A stretch of 64,000 bases of DNA from Candidatus Multivoradales bacterium (GTDB lineage: Bacteria > Acidobacteriota > Thermoanaerobaculia > Multivoradales > JAHEKO01): NCBI GenBank assembly GCA_965223855.1, contig CBDCXM010000009.1, forward strand, positions 1,248,001-1,312,000, written 5' to 3'. The notes under the pieces were generated by a model, which saw only the letters and a list, made by a program, of their open reading frames with translations, had not been told where the DNA came from and did no database searches. The translations under genes and the position numbers were made by a program. Position 1 is the stretch's first letter, and the number at the start of each line of letters is the position of its first letter. Positions 21,205 to 32,965 of this stretch are shown piece after piece.

Positions 21205-21839
21205 GACTCACCGATACCGGCGAAGCGCGGGTGCGCGGCTACCTTTTCGTCCTCAAGCGCTCGCTCGAGGCCTCCCTGCCTCCGGCCTCCGTGGCCGACT
21301 CGATGCAGGAGCTCGAAGGGCATCTGCGGGAGCGGATCGACGAGATCGATCCCGACCCGGACGAGCGGACCGCGCTCGAGAACCTTCTCGCTCGGATCGG
21401 CCAGCCGCTCGAGGTGGCTCGTGCCTACTCCGGCGAACTCCTGATCGATCAGGCGGTGGCGAGCGGCCGCTTCGTCACCACCGTCCGAGCGTTCTGGCAT
21501 CTCGCCACGACCACCGTGATCGGATTCCTTCAGGCGCTCCCGCTGCTGTTCGGCTACAGCATCGGCGCGTCGCTGTTTGCCGTCGCCGCCCTGAAGCCGG
21601 TCTTCCCCGACAACGTCGGCCTGATCGTCCAGGACGGCGTCCCTCGAGCGTTCGGGTTCGTGAGCGATCTAAGTGCGGGAGCCGAAGTGAGGGGAGGCTA
21701 CTGGGTGATCCCGATCGCTCTCGCGCTCGGACTCGGCCTGCTGGTGCTGACGCACGGCTGGGCGAAGCGCACCCTCCTCGCCTGCCAGGCAAAGAGGGCG
21801 GGAGCGGCGATCGCCCGGCTCGCGACCGGGCGGGAGTGA
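21201..21839 (+). CDS. HAAS/DUF1700-like membrane protein
   Basis: ATGA overlap with padR; YLxxL..ELEGHLRE..IGQPLEVARAY helical sensor-like region followed by TM segments. Confidence 0.75.
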   Translation: MRLTDTGEARVRGYLFVLKRSLEASLPPASVADSMQELEGHLRERIDEIDPDPDERTALENLLARIGQPLEVARAYSGELLIDQAVASGRFVTTVRAFWHLATTTVIGFLQALPLLFGYSIGASLFAVAALKPVFPDNVGLIVQDGVPRAFGFVSDLSAGAEVRGGYWVIPIALALGLGLLVLTHGWAKRTLLACQAKRAGAAIARLATGRE

Positions 21840-21849
21840 GCGCGGCGGG

Positions 21850-23652
<1,803 letters not shown>

Positions 23653-23676
23653 CTCGGGCTCCCTTCGTCAGGCAAC

Positions 23677-23701
23677 AACGCGTCACTTGGGATTCGGTTC
23701 C
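23677..23701 (-). promoter_or_regulatory. putative RpoE/SigE-type ECF promoter
   Basis: GGAAC-N16-CGTT about 25 nt upstream of the serine hydrolase start. Confidence 0.35.
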
Positions 23702-23909
23702 CTCGAGAAGGGCTATCGCACCGAGGCAGGCGCCGCCGACGGCCGGTGCGAAGAGTCCCCGTTGCGGCCGGGGGCCGACGGCCCTCGCGGTACGCCGGAG
23801 TGCTCGTGGCGCCCCGAGGGTGACCCGAAACGCGGTCACTCACGCTGGGGGACGGCCGGTCGGGACACCCGAGGCGAAAGGCGGGAGGGGTGCCGAAGAG
23901 GATCTCCGA

Positions 23910-24479
23910 CTAGGAGCCGCCCTCGAGCCCGCTGAACTCCTCGAACGATCCGCCGAAGAGGAAGAAGCGGATGGAGCCGATCAGCAGCAGGATCGCGGTG
24001 GCGATCGCCAGGGTGACGATCAACCTGCCTGCGATCGGTCGCCGATGCACGGTCCAGGCGATCGCGAGCAACGACGGCACGGCGAGGGGAGCGTTCCGCG
24101 GCCCGCTGAGAAGCAGCGCGGCCACCAGCACGGCGTGCACGATCAGCGTGGTCCGCCGGGTCGCGGCATCGTCGGCGAAGCGCAGTCCGTGCGCGGCGAC
24201 GAAGAGGGCCGGCACGATGAGAGCGACGCCGATCGCGTAGACCACGATCGGGCTGGCCCGCAGAGACCCGTCGAGCGCCAGCAGGGTCACGGCCAGCAGG
24301 TGCCCGAACGCCATCACGGCGATGAACACGCCGGAGAAGGCGCTCATCGCGGCGGTGATGCGCGCCCGCCGATCGAGATCGTCGTTCCTCAGCACGGCCA
24401 GGGCGGCGACGATCCCCAGCAGGGCCGACGGTGCGATCCAGCGGCTTTCGGTGGTGAGGGCTGCGACGAGGTCACTCAT
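23910..24479 (-). CDS. hypothetical multi-pass membrane protein
   Basis: 189 aa with 5-6 hydrophobic segments. Confidence 0.75.
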   Translation of the reverse strand: MSDLVAALTTESRWIAPSALLGIVAALAVLRNDDLDRRARITAAMSAFSGVFIAVMAFGHLLAVTLLALDGSLRASPIVVYAIGVALIVPALFVAAHGLRFADDAATRRTTLIVHAVLVAALLLSGPRNAPLAVPSLLAIAWTVHRRPIAGRLIVTLAIATAILLLIGSIRFFLFGGSFEEFSGLEGGS

Positions 24480-24485
24480 CGCCGG

Positions 24486-25718
24486 TCAGGGAACGGTCGT
24501 CGACCAGGCGCTCGTGTCGCCGGTTTCGAAGCCGTCGGCGAAGAAGCGGTTGCTGAAGGTCTGCCCGAAGAGATTCGCGTTCCCGTCCTCGGTCAGCAGG
24601 ACGATAGTTGAGGGGTCGTTGCGAGTCGCGACCACGCCTCTGAGGAATGCGTCGAAGAAGGGAATCGGGAAGCTGGAGATGAAACCCGCCGAACTGTCCA
24701 GGATGATGCCCCTGTTTCCCCCCAGCTCGAGAGGATAGGACTCGCTATCGACCACGACGAACTCTCCCGCCGGCACCATCGACGAGTACGCCTGGGAGGT
24801 GAAGGTCTGGATTATCCTGGTGGGGCCGACGTCGCCCGCCGCCGTCGTGACGCGTGCCTTCGCACTCCGGTACCCGAACGCGTAGTGCTGGTTCCAGACA
24901 ACGACGAAGTCGTTCCCCGGAGTAACGTGGGCTTCGGGGCTCCAGGCGGTGTCGTAGTCATAAGGTCCGGGACTCGACATCTGGAAGCTAGGGCCGAGGG
25001 GCTCGCCCGTAGAGGAGAATCGCCGTTGAAAGACCACGGCCGGCGGTAGCCCTTCGGTCGCCTCGTAGTCAGTCCAGGCGACACCGAACCCTCCGTCCGA
25101 GAAGAGCCCTCCCGACACGTCAGCGGAGAAGTGCGGTGGCACGGTCAGGATGTCGACCGCGACCTCGGGCAGTACCGGGTCGCCGGCCGAGTCGAAGGTG
25201 GCCGCCAGGATCTCAGCTTCGGTGTTGTATCCCCAGCTCACCAGGAAGTCGCCATCGGCGGTCCTGCTGACCGACGGGCCGGTCAGCCCGCCGAGCTGGG
25301 TCTGGTTGATCTGAAACTCTCCCCCGAGGGCAGTCCCGTCGACTCCGAACCGCCGGGCGAAGATCGCCGGCTGGCCCCCAGGGTAGTTCCGCCACACCAC
25401 TACGAAGTTGCCGGACGCGTCGGTGGCGACGTCCGGACGCCGTTGCGTGCCTGTGGTGCTCTCGTTGACCCCGAACTCGTCGGTCAAAGGCACTCCGAAG
25501 TCGGAGAAGCGACGAGCACGAACGCCGTGGCCGTCACCGTCGGGCCCGAGGGCCGACCAGACGACGATGAACGTCCCGTCACCTTGAGCCGCCGCTCGTG
25601 GGTCGTCCTGGCCCGATCCGGTCTCCTGGGCGATCTGGAAAGGGTCGCCGGTTGGAACCTGGGCAATCGCGGACGGAGCCAGGAAGATCGCCCACAGAAG
25701 AGCACTGGCCTTACGCAT
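24486..25718 (-). CDS. secreted beta-repeat protein with C-terminal FADGFETGDTSAW motif
   Basis: Signal peptide MRKASALLW..AIA-Q; repeated GxFxVVW / RRFxxxGxxL.EFxVN units. Confidence 0.85.
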   Translation of the reverse strand: MRKASALLWAIFLAPSAIAQVPTGDPFQIAQETGSGQDDPRAAAQGDGTFIVVWSALGPDGDGHGVRARRFSDFGVPLTDEFGVNESTTGTQRRPDVATDASGNFVVVWRNYPGGQPAIFARRFGVDGTALGGEFQINQTQLGGLTGPSVSRTADGDFLVSWGYNTEAEILAATFDSAGDPVLPEVAVDILTVPPHFSADVSGGLFSDGGFGVAWTDYEATEGLPPAVVFQRRFSSTGEPLGPSFQMSSPGPYDYDTAWSPEAHVTPGNDFVVVWNQHYAFGYRSAKARVTTAAGDVGPTRIIQTFTSQAYSSMVPAGEFVVVDSESYPLELGGNRGIILDSSAGFISSFPIPFFDAFLRGVVATRNDPSTIVLLTEDGNANLFGQTFSNRFFADGFETGDTSAWSTTVP

Positions 25719-25777
25719 GGCTATCGAGGAGACAGTAGCACCAGTCACTTCTCATCCGAGCCGAAGCCGGGCAGGGC

Positions 25778-26152
25778 TCACGACTCGAGGTAGTCGTCGG
25801 GGATCGGCAGCCCCTGCGCGCGGAAGAACGTCAACTGATCGAAGTAGCCGGTCTGCCGCACGATCTTCCCGTCGCGGATCTCGAAGAACCCGCATCCGCG
25901 CAGGCCGATCGGGTCGCGCCAGCGCAGGATCGCCGTGTCGCCGCAGTCGTAGAGCAGCTCCTCGATGCAGACCATCTCGGCCCGCGCGAACTCGACGGCG
26001 AACATCTCGCGAATCTCGGCTCGGCCGTTCAACGGCCGCGAGAACACCACCTGGTCGTTGATCGCGTCCTCGGCGTAGAGCTCCGCCAGGCCGTCGGCGT
26101 CGCCGGCGTTGAAGAGCTCGATCCATCGGCGGACCAGTTCGGTGGCAGTCAT
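25778..26152 (-). CDS. SnoaL/NTF2-like protein
   Basis: LVRRWIELFNAGDADGLAELYAEDA..GRAEIR..FFEIRDGKIV. Confidence 0.88.
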   Translation of the reverse strand: MTATELVRRWIELFNAGDADGLAELYAEDAINDQVVFSRPLNGRAEIREMFAVEFARAEMVCIEELLYDCGDTAILRWRDPIGLRGCGFFEIRDGKIVRQTGYFDQLTFFRAQGLPIPDDYLES

Positions 26153-26166
26153 CACTCTTTCCGATG

Positions 26167-27384
26167 TCAGGGTACCGCGATCGGCCAGTTGCTGGTGTCC
26201 CCGCTTTCGAAGCCGTCGGCGAAGACCTGGTTGATGAACCTCTGTCCCATGAGGTTGCCGCTGTAGTCCTCCCAGAAGACGACGAACTCCGCCGGGTCGT
26301 CGCCGTTGGCGAAGGCACTCAGGAGGTAGCCCTGGAATGAGGGAACCTCGAACTCAGTGATCGGATCCCCCTCGGCGTCGAAGGTCGTACCACCGCGCTT
26401 CGGGTTCGAGTAGTAGCTGGTTCGCGCGACGACGAACTCTCCGGACGGCACCATCGAAAAGGAGGAGTAGTTGCTGACCGGCTCCAAAACCTTGACGGGG
26501 CCGACGATACCTGCGTTGTCGGTCTTGCGTCCCTGCACGTTCCCCCATTCGAGGAACAACTGCTGACCCCACGCCACGAAGAACTCTCCGTTCTCGGCCA
26601 CCCCGATCCGCCCTCCCGCCGAGTCCTGGCCCCAGTCCGTACCCGGGACAGAGAGTTGGAACGGGTCTGCGGTCGGGTCACCCGAGGTATCGAAGACCTG
26701 CTGGAAAACCTCCGTGGCCTCGAAGTCTCCGTGGTCGATGAGGGAAGTCCACACCACCACGAAACTCCGGTCGGGCCGCAACGCGACCGTGGTTCCGAAC
26801 TCGGAAGGGAGGTCGGGATCACTGATGACGAACGGCGGCTCGATCACCTGGCCGTGCGCGTCGAAGGACGCAGCGAAGTCTTCATCGCCATCGACATCGC
26901 TCCACGCCACGAGGAAGTCGCCGTCGGCATGCCTGCTGAGACTCGGCCGCCTGACCGTCGTTTCATCCTGGCTGACCTGCAGGTCACTCGATGTCGGCGA
27001 GCCATCGAAAGCGAAGAGGCGAGCGAAGAGCGTGGTGACGTTTGCCTGCCAAGGCAGCCAGGTGACGACGAAGTTCCCGTCCGAATCGGCCGCGATCCTC
27101 GGCCGGTTCTGGTGCCCAGAGGTGACCTGGTTGATGCCGAACTCGTCCGTGAGGGCTTCACCGTCCCTGGAGAAACGTCGCCCTCGAATCGAGCCGTAGT
27201 CGCCGTCGGCTCCAAGGACCGACCAGACGACCACGAAAGCCCCGTCGGGCTGGGCGGCGGCGACTTGCTCCGACTGCCGGTTCTCGGTGAACTGGGCGAT
27301 CGGGAACGCGTCGCCGACCGGAGTTTGAGCGTCGGTCGCTGTTCCGAGGAGAATCCCGGTGAGAAGGGCAGGAGTCCAGCGCAT
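26167..27384 (-). CDS. secreted beta-repeat protein, paralog of 24486..25718, with C-terminal FADGFESGDTSNW motif
   Basis: Collinear with the downstream paralog (QTPVGDAFPIAQ vs QVPTGDPFQIAQ; SMVPSGEFVV vs SMVPAGEFVV). Confidence 0.85.
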   Translation of the reverse strand: MRWTPALLTGILLGTATDAQTPVGDAFPIAQFTENRQSEQVAAAQPDGAFVVVWSVLGADGDYGSIRGRRFSRDGEALTDEFGINQVTSGHQNRPRIAADSDGNFVVTWLPWQANVTTLFARLFAFDGSPTSSDLQVSQDETTVRRPSLSRHADGDFLVAWSDVDGDEDFAASFDAHGQVIEPPFVISDPDLPSEFGTTVALRPDRSFVVVWTSLIDHGDFEATEVFQQVFDTSGDPTADPFQLSVPGTDWGQDSAGGRIGVAENGEFFVAWGQQLFLEWGNVQGRKTDNAGIVGPVKVLEPVSNYSSFSMVPSGEFVVARTSYYSNPKRGGTTFDAEGDPITEFEVPSFQGYLLSAFANGDDPAEFVVFWEDYSGNLMGQRFINQVFADGFESGDTSNWPIAVP

Positions 27385-27499
27385 GACTCACGCAGGAGCG
27401 TAGCACCAGGTCACGAGCCCGACCGATCCACTCCTGCGCCCGCCTGGCTGAGGCGATGGGGCTGTAGCCCGGCTTCGGGGCGATCCGTATCCGGCAGCC

Positions 27500-28987
27500 T
27501 CAGTCGATGCTCTCGTCCCAGGCCGAGACGTCCCCGCTCTCGAAGCCGTCGGCGAAGATCACCCCGTCGAAGGCGACTACGCGGGCGAAGCCGGGGCCGT
27601 CCGACCCCGGCCCTCCCAGCAGCAGCTCGGGGAAGCCGTCACCGTCGAGGTCGCCGGCACCGACTCCGCGGCCGAGAACGTCGAGTCCGTTGTCCGGGTC
27701 GAAGCCGGGGGCGTCGAAGATCGAGTCGGCCGCCGCCGCGGGGATCGCTCCGGCGAGCGGTCCCCGGAACAGGTAGCAGCGCCCGCGGCTCGAAGCGCCG
27801 CCGAACTGGGCACCGACCAGCACGTCGTCGAAGCCGTCGCCGTCGAAATCGCCGGCACCCGCGACGATCCCGAAGTGGTCGCTCGGTGCGCTTGCCGCCT
27901 CGCCCGTGAGGATCGCGTCCGCCTCCCCGGCGCCGTACGTTCCCGGCGCCAGCGGGCCGGAGAAGACGTACGCCTTGCCCGGCCCGTCGCTGAGGAACAC
28001 CTGCCACGCCCCGACGACGAGGTCTTCGCTGCCGTTGCCGTCCACGTCGCCCGCCGTGTCGAGGAAGCTGCCGAAGGAGTCCCGTAGCGCCTCTCCGAGG
28101 ATCGTGACGTCAGCCTGGGCGCTCGACACGGTCCCTTCGACAGGGCTGAAGAAGACGTAAGCGCTGCCTGCGCCGACATCGACGAGCGGGAAGTTCGGTG
28201 CGCCGACGACAATGTCGTCGATGCCGTCGCCGTCGAGGTCCACGGCGGCGACGGCGGAGCCGAGCTCCTCGAGCCCCATCGTCCCGGTGACCGTCGCATC
28301 GGCGTCTTCGGGCCCGAGGTCGCCGGCGAGAGGGCCGAGGAAGACGTGCGCCGAGCCGCTGCCGCTCTGGCTCGCGCCGGCCAGCACGTCGTCGATCCCG
28401 TCGTCGTCGAAGTCGCCGACATCGATCGCCCGCCCGAGCTCGCTGAAGCTCGTCCCGGTGATCGTCGCGTCGGCGTCGGAGACCAGCAGGTCGCCGGCGA
28501 GCGGCCCGTAGAACACCCAAACCTGGCCGTTCAGGGTGCCGCCGACGTCCGGTCCGCGGGCGCCGAGCACGAGATCGCCCACCCCGTCGCCGTTGAGGTC
28601 GCCGCCGTGCGGTGTCGCCACCAGGTCGCCGAACGCGAGGCCGGTCACCGTCACGTCCGCGTCTCCGGCCTGGATGTCGCCGCCGTCGAACGGCCCGAAG
28701 AAGACATAGACCCGCCCGACGCTCGGCTCGTCGGCGCTCACCGTCGGCCCGCTCACCGCCAGATCCGTGACGCCGTCCCCGTTGACGTCGCCCACCACCG
28801 CGAGGCTGTTGCCGAAGTCCCCGCACAGGCTGGGCGCGGCGCACCCCGTCGCCTCGCCGAAGAGGTCGAACCACGGAGCTTGCGCTCCGATAGGGGCAGT
28901 GGAGCCGGCGAGGACTAGAACTGCGAGGGAAACTCGGAGCTTGCTGGGGGTCGTCGGATCGGCCGGTCGCCGAGTCGTGGCACTCAC
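27500..28987 (-). CDS. FG-GAP/integrin-alpha beta-propeller protein with C-terminal IFADGFESGDVSAW motif
   Basis: GAGGAG RBS before GTG 28987; seven FG..GDxxGDGxxDxxxGA repeats. Confidence 0.9.
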   Translation of the reverse strand: MSATTRRPADPTTPSKLRVSLAVLVLAGSTAPIGAQAPWFDLFGEATGCAAPSLCGDFGNSLAVVGDVNGDGVTDLAVSGPTVSADEPSVGRVYVFFGPFDGGDIQAGDADVTVTGLAFGDLVATPHGGDLNGDGVGDLVLGARGPDVGGTLNGQVWVFYGPLAGDLLVSDADATITGTSFSELGRAIDVGDFDDDGIDDVLAGASQSGSGSAHVFLGPLAGDLGPEDADATVTGTMGLEELGSAVAAVDLDGDGIDDIVVGAPNFPLVDVGAGSAYVFFSPVEGTVSSAQADVTILGEALRDSFGSFLDTAGDVDGNGSEDLVVGAWQVFLSDGPGKAYVFSGPLAPGTYGAGEADAILTGEAASAPSDHFGIVAGAGDFDGDGFDDVLVGAQFGGASSRGRCYLFRGPLAGAIPAAAADSIFDAPGFDPDNGLDVLGRGVGAGDLDGDGFPELLLGGPGSDGPGFARVVAFDGVIFADGFESGDVSAWDESID

Positions 28988-29163
28988 GGAATCTCCTCGG
29001 TCGGTTCGTCTTCGGGTGAGTTTCGACAAGGAGCCGCAAGGTTCATCCGCCCGGTAGCCGGGGCTGTGATGGTGCTTCGCGGCGGGAGATTCGAACCCCC
29101 TGTCTCTCGATCCGCGACTTCGTGGTGCTTGACTCTGAAGTCAATCGGTTGCCGGGAAAGCGC

Positions 29164-30201
29164 CTATGGAGCCGGAGCGGGGGGCTTGTTCTGAGCTTGC
29201 TGCGTTGGGAGCAGACCCTCATCCCACAAGAAGTCCTCAAGCCTTCTAGCGAAGACGCGGTGCCCCTCTTTGTTCGGATGAGAGTCCAACGGATTGAGGA
29301 AGTACTCGGAGGGGTCTGTATCGAGGAACTCGAGAGTGAGGTTCACGAACGAGAAGCCCTCCCGAGCGAACGCTCTCTCAAGGAACGGAGATCTCATCGG
29401 GACTGTCGACAAGTAGGCGATCGCGATGGGCACACTTTGCTGCCGGCTCCAAACGCCGATCCTGGACAGGTAGTCCTTCACGCGCTTCTTGTTGTCCCCA
29501 ACCTTCACGAACTTCGCTTTCTCCGTGCGTTCGCCGTCGGTCTTCAAGGCAAGGCCACGTCTGAGCTGGATTCCGCTCAACAGGAACGACGAGAAGAAGG
29601 CGCGTTCGACGGGCCGAACCTCATAGGGTCGCTCGAACCAGATGTCACGCCAGGCGCGGTGATCGTTGTGTGCGCAGAAACCGATAATCACTAGATCGGG
29701 ACTGTAGGGTTGTGCCTTGGCCTTGATCACGCCCCAGTACTGCCGGAGGTTGTAGCCAGCGACCGCGAGGTTGATGACCTCGAAAGAAGCCCCTTCCGGC
29801 GTGGAGTTGAGGTTCTCCTCAAGGACGGAGTGGTACGCATCCTCAATCCGCACACCGGATGGCATCGAGAAGGAGTCGCCCACCAAGGCAATCCGGAACG
29901 TGGAAGGCGGCTTCTCAAGAGAGTATTCTTGGTCCCGCTCCCCTCGCGAGTTGGTGACGAAAGTCACTCGTTTGAACAGAGTCTCGAGGTTCGGCCTGAG
30001 CTCGAAGGCGAGATCATCGTGAGGCGACGGCTGAACGAGGCCGGAGACGCCGAAGCCGTGCAGGCTGTTCATCTTGGAGGGGGAAAGGCTGTCCCAGCCG
30101 AAGAGGTACATGCGGTACGCCTGCTCCAAGGTCAGGAGTGTTACCCCGATGGCGGCAAGCGCGAGTGCGACGTTGGCAAGCCCCTTGCCGACCGTGCCCA
30201 T
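29164..30201 (-). CDS. membrane-anchored SGNH/GDSL hydrolase
   Basis: N-terminal TM; LVGDSFS block I, NLAVAGYN block II, HND block III, DSHPN catalytic DxH. Confidence 0.88.
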   Translation of the reverse strand: MGTVGKGLANVALALAAIGVTLLTLEQAYRMYLFGWDSLSPSKMNSLHGFGVSGLVQPSPHDDLAFELRPNLETLFKRVTFVTNSRGERDQEYSLEKPPSTFRIALVGDSFSMPSGVRIEDAYHSVLEENLNSTPEGASFEVINLAVAGYNLRQYWGVIKAKAQPYSPDLVIIGFCAHNDHRAWRDIWFERPYEVRPVERAFFSSFLLSGIQLRRGLALKTDGERTEKAKFVKVGDNKKRVKDYLSRIGVWSRQQSVPIAIAYLSTVPMRSPFLERAFAREGFSFVNLTLEFLDTDPSEYFLNPLDSHPNKEGHRVFARRLEDFLWDEGLLPTQQAQNKPPAPAP

Positions 30202-30335
30202 GGAAGAAGCCTAGCATCGGGTGTCTCCGTCCGTCTGGGCTTGACGACTGCGGTTGGTAGGGCCGAGGAGGCGCCTTGAGCCTTGTGTTGTGCGTTGCAT
30301 ATCTGCAGGTCCGCCGGTCTTGAGACCCTCGCAGT

Positions 30336-32438
30336 ATGAACAAACACAAGCCCACCCTACCCGTCCACGCTCGCCCTTTCGAGTCTCCCTTGTCGAGCCG
30401 AGGTTCCGCCTTGTCGGTGTGGGCTCTGCTTGTCCTGAGTTTCATCGGCATGCCGCTGGTCGCACAAGGTAACCCGATCGCCGTGCATGCTGTGCCGGAC
30501 AAGATCTTCGAGGGTACTGGCGATCTTCAGCTACTGCGCGATCGAGTGGACGCAATCGAGCCCGGCTATCTCAAGATTCCCTATCGCTGGTACTGGACCC
30601 AGAATCTCGACGAGATTCAGGACTTCATCGTCGACAATCCTGGGCGGCCCTTCGTGGCCGGCTTCCTTCACTTCAACAAGGACGAGTGCCACCCTGACAA
30701 TGACCCGGACTGCGTTGATGACTATTTCGATGACCTCCTGCTCGAGGCGCAGAACGCCGCTGAGGACTATGGCTCGTCGATCGAGTACTACGAACTCGGC
30801 AACGAGGTGGACGCCAAGATCAGCCACTTCCCTGGAGGGGTCTCCGAGTACATCGACAAGCTCAACGAGTTCGTGATGGCCGTGAAGACTCTCGGCGGGG
30901 ACTCCGACGCGAAGTTTGCAATCAGCTTCTTCGACGCCTCAAGTCCTACGGCAGAGGACATTCTCGAGGAGTGCGCCAACGACTCTGCGTGCGATGCCAA
31001 CGTCAAGGCCGTGGACATCCACGTGCATCCATCGTGGAACGAAAGCAACAAGGTGCTAACCGAGATTCAGGACATCAAGGACGCGATCGCCGCCAGTGGC
31101 TTCACGGCAACGGCGGACATTCTCGTTGGAGAGATCAGTACCTGGTTTGGTATCGCCGACACCACCCCGACAGGCGAGTATCAAACGGAAGAGGAGCAGG
31201 CCGTCTTCTACGCAGAGGCACTGTTGCTCGCAGTGAGCAAGAACAGGCTCGTAATGGGCGCGTCCGGTCCGATGAGAGATCGCGGGCTTGGCCTCAACAA
31301 TCAGAATCCTCCCTACCCCCCTGCGGACAGGTTCGCAATAGGAGCTCACTTCTTCAGGCCGTCCATGACCTACTGTGATCCTCAAGGTGTCCCGCCGGCG
31401 GACTGGTGCTGTCATCCGGATGATTTGACCTGCGATGGCGAGTTGTCTGGGCCGAAGCTGTCTGCCTATTCACTTGAGCTAGTGACCAATGCTCTCGAGG
31501 GTCTGGCGGCCGGGAAAGTGGTCAAAGTGAACTCGGGCGTGTCCGGCGTCGTCCGCATCAACATCAAGCATCCCATCTTCGCGTACGCGCTCTGGCTGGA
31601 CGGGACCGGCGATATCGGCTCCTCGTCCCAGTCGTACACCTTGGATGTCGGAACGAGCGCCACGAGTGCGCTTGTTATCAAGGGGCCTCCGATCAACGTG
31701 CTCTACGACGACCGAAAGTGGCCGATTCCCGATATCGAGCTTCGACACATGTTCGAGCACTCGTACGAGGACCTGACCGGATCGGGAGGGATGCTCACGC
31801 TGAATCTCGGAACTCACGAGCCCACATTTGTCTTCACCGAGTACGACTCGATGGTCGCCTACCTTGAGATGGACGACGTGACCGACCCTCTCGTGGACAC
31901 CACAAACTACGACAACGACGGTACGAACTTCGGCGTCGTCTACACGTCGGGGGGCAAGATCGGCGGGGCGCTTGAGTTCTCGAGCGCCTCGACCTACGCG
32001 AAGGTTTTCGACTCGCCGAGCCTCGATGGGATGGACAGCTTGACCCTCGCCGCTTGGGTGAAGCCCGACACGGGGGGCGGTGCGTCCCAACAGCGGATCG
32101 CGTCCAAGGGAAGCTGCTACGGCATGTGGATCGAGGGAGGCAAGCTTAGGGCGTTCGTGGAAGCTGGAAGTCGCCTGGACCGCACGACGACGGCTTCGAT
32201 TCCGACAGGTACGTGGACTCACGTGGCCTTGACCTACGATGGCGCGAACATGCGGGTCTACGTCAACGGCAAGTTGGACCTCACCGAGGCGGGCACTGGG
32301 ACGGTCGCCAACAACGGACAGACGTTGTTCCTGTCGAGTAGCACCTCAACCAAGTTCTTCGACGGCATCATCGATGATGTGAGGATTTACGACTACGCTC
32401 TCAGTCAGGACGAGCTTGACTTCATCTCGGCTCCCTGA
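30336..32438 (+). CDS. secreted protein: clan GH-A-like glycoside hydrolase domain plus C-terminal LamG (ConA-like) domain
   Basis: YYELGNEVD (acid/base), DIHVH, ILVGEI (nucleophile); LamG motifs LTLAAWVKP, WTHVALTYDG, YVNG, FDGIIDDVRIYDYAL. Confidence 0.75.
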   Translation: MNKHKPTLPVHARPFESPLSSRGSALSVWALLVLSFIGMPLVAQGNPIAVHAVPDKIFEGTGDLQLLRDRVDAIEPGYLKIPYRWYWTQNLDEIQDFIVDNPGRPFVAGFLHFNKDECHPDNDPDCVDDYFDDLLLEAQNAAEDYGSSIEYYELGNEVDAKISHFPGGVSEYIDKLNEFVMAVKTLGGDSDAKFAISFFDASSPTAEDILEECANDSACDANVKAVDIHVHPSWNESNKVLTEIQDIKDAIAASGFTATADILVGEISTWFGIADTTPTGEYQTEEEQAVFYAEALLLAVSKNRLVMGASGPMRDRGLGLNNQNPPYPPADRFAIGAHFFRPSMTYCDPQGVPPADWCCHPDDLTCDGELSGPKLSAYSLELVTNALEGLAAGKVVKVNSGVSGVVRINIKHPIFAYALWLDGTGDIGSSSQSYTLDVGTSATSALVIKGPPINVLYDDRKWPIPDIELRHMFEHSYEDLTGSGGMLTLNLGTHEPTFVFTEYDSMVAYLEMDDVTDPLVDTTNYDNDGTNFGVVYTSGGKIGGALEFSSASTYAKVFDSPSLDGMDSLTLAAWVKPDTGGGASQQRIASKGSCYGMWIEGGKLRAFVEAGSRLDRTTTASIPTGTWTHVALTYDGANMRVYVNGKLDLTEAGTGTVANNGQTLFLSSSTSTKFFDGIIDDVRIYDYALSQDELDFISAP

Positions 32439-32633
32439 CGTGGAGTGGGTAGGCTAGGCTCCGACCGAACCGTCGGGGCCTGAGAGGTTGTATTTCGTGC
32501 TGGACCGAAGCGGCGGTCGACCTCGGCACTGACACTCCCGACCGAGGACAGAGAACCAGAACGCGGGCGGAGGCGGAAGCGTCCCGCCCCGACCTCTCGA
32601 GACGCGAGGAACTACGTCCCTGAGCCGGCCGTC

Positions 32634-32822
32634 TTGACGACGCTTGCGGCTGCCGAGTACCTCAGCATGTCGCCCGCAAGCCTTGGAACAAGGCGATCTC
32701 GCGGTGGCGGACCGAAGTTCTGTGAGCTTGGCGACGCGTTGTCTATCGCTGCAAAGACCTTGATGTGCGGGGCAAGGAGGGAGCGGCGTTCGACGAGCGA
32801 TGAGCCCAGCGCCTCAACCTGA
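32634..32822 (+). pseudogene. excisionase/AlpA-like HTH remnant
   Basis: LTTLAAAEYLSMSPASLGTRRSRGGGPKF aligns with LTTCEAADWLRLSPRTLERWRVTGGGPPY at 46039; the C-terminus is degraded. Confidence 0.6.
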
Positions 32823-32888
32823 TTCCTAGCTGATTACTGACGAGAAACGCCCCACAGACTCTGCGGGGCATAAGTCGTTGAAAGCAAG

Positions 32889-32965
32889 TGGTGCACCGAG
32901 GAGGATTCGAACCCCCAACCTCCTGATCCGTAGTCAGGTGCTCTATCCAGTTGAGCTATCGGTGC
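32889..32965 (-). tRNA. tRNA-Arg(ACG)
   Basis: GCACCGATAGCTCAACTGGATAGAGCACCTGACTACGGATCAGGAGGTTGGGGGTTCGAATCCTCCTCGGTGCACCA: complete cloverleaf, anticodon ACG, encoded CCA. Confidence 0.97.

Larger units (their letters stand above)
29070..32888. mobile_element. degenerate genomic islet at the 3' end of tRNA-Arg
   Basis: 29070-29114 tggtgc..gattcgaaccccc..gatccg matches the tRNA 3' part at 32889-32930; interior visibly more AT-rich; excisionase-like remnant; IHF-like taagtcgttgaaa at 32871-32883. Confidence 0.6.

Noticed and set aside
29070-29114. Second tRNA gene
   Set aside because: Only a degenerate T-arm/acceptor fragment with no D-arm; treated as an att remnant.
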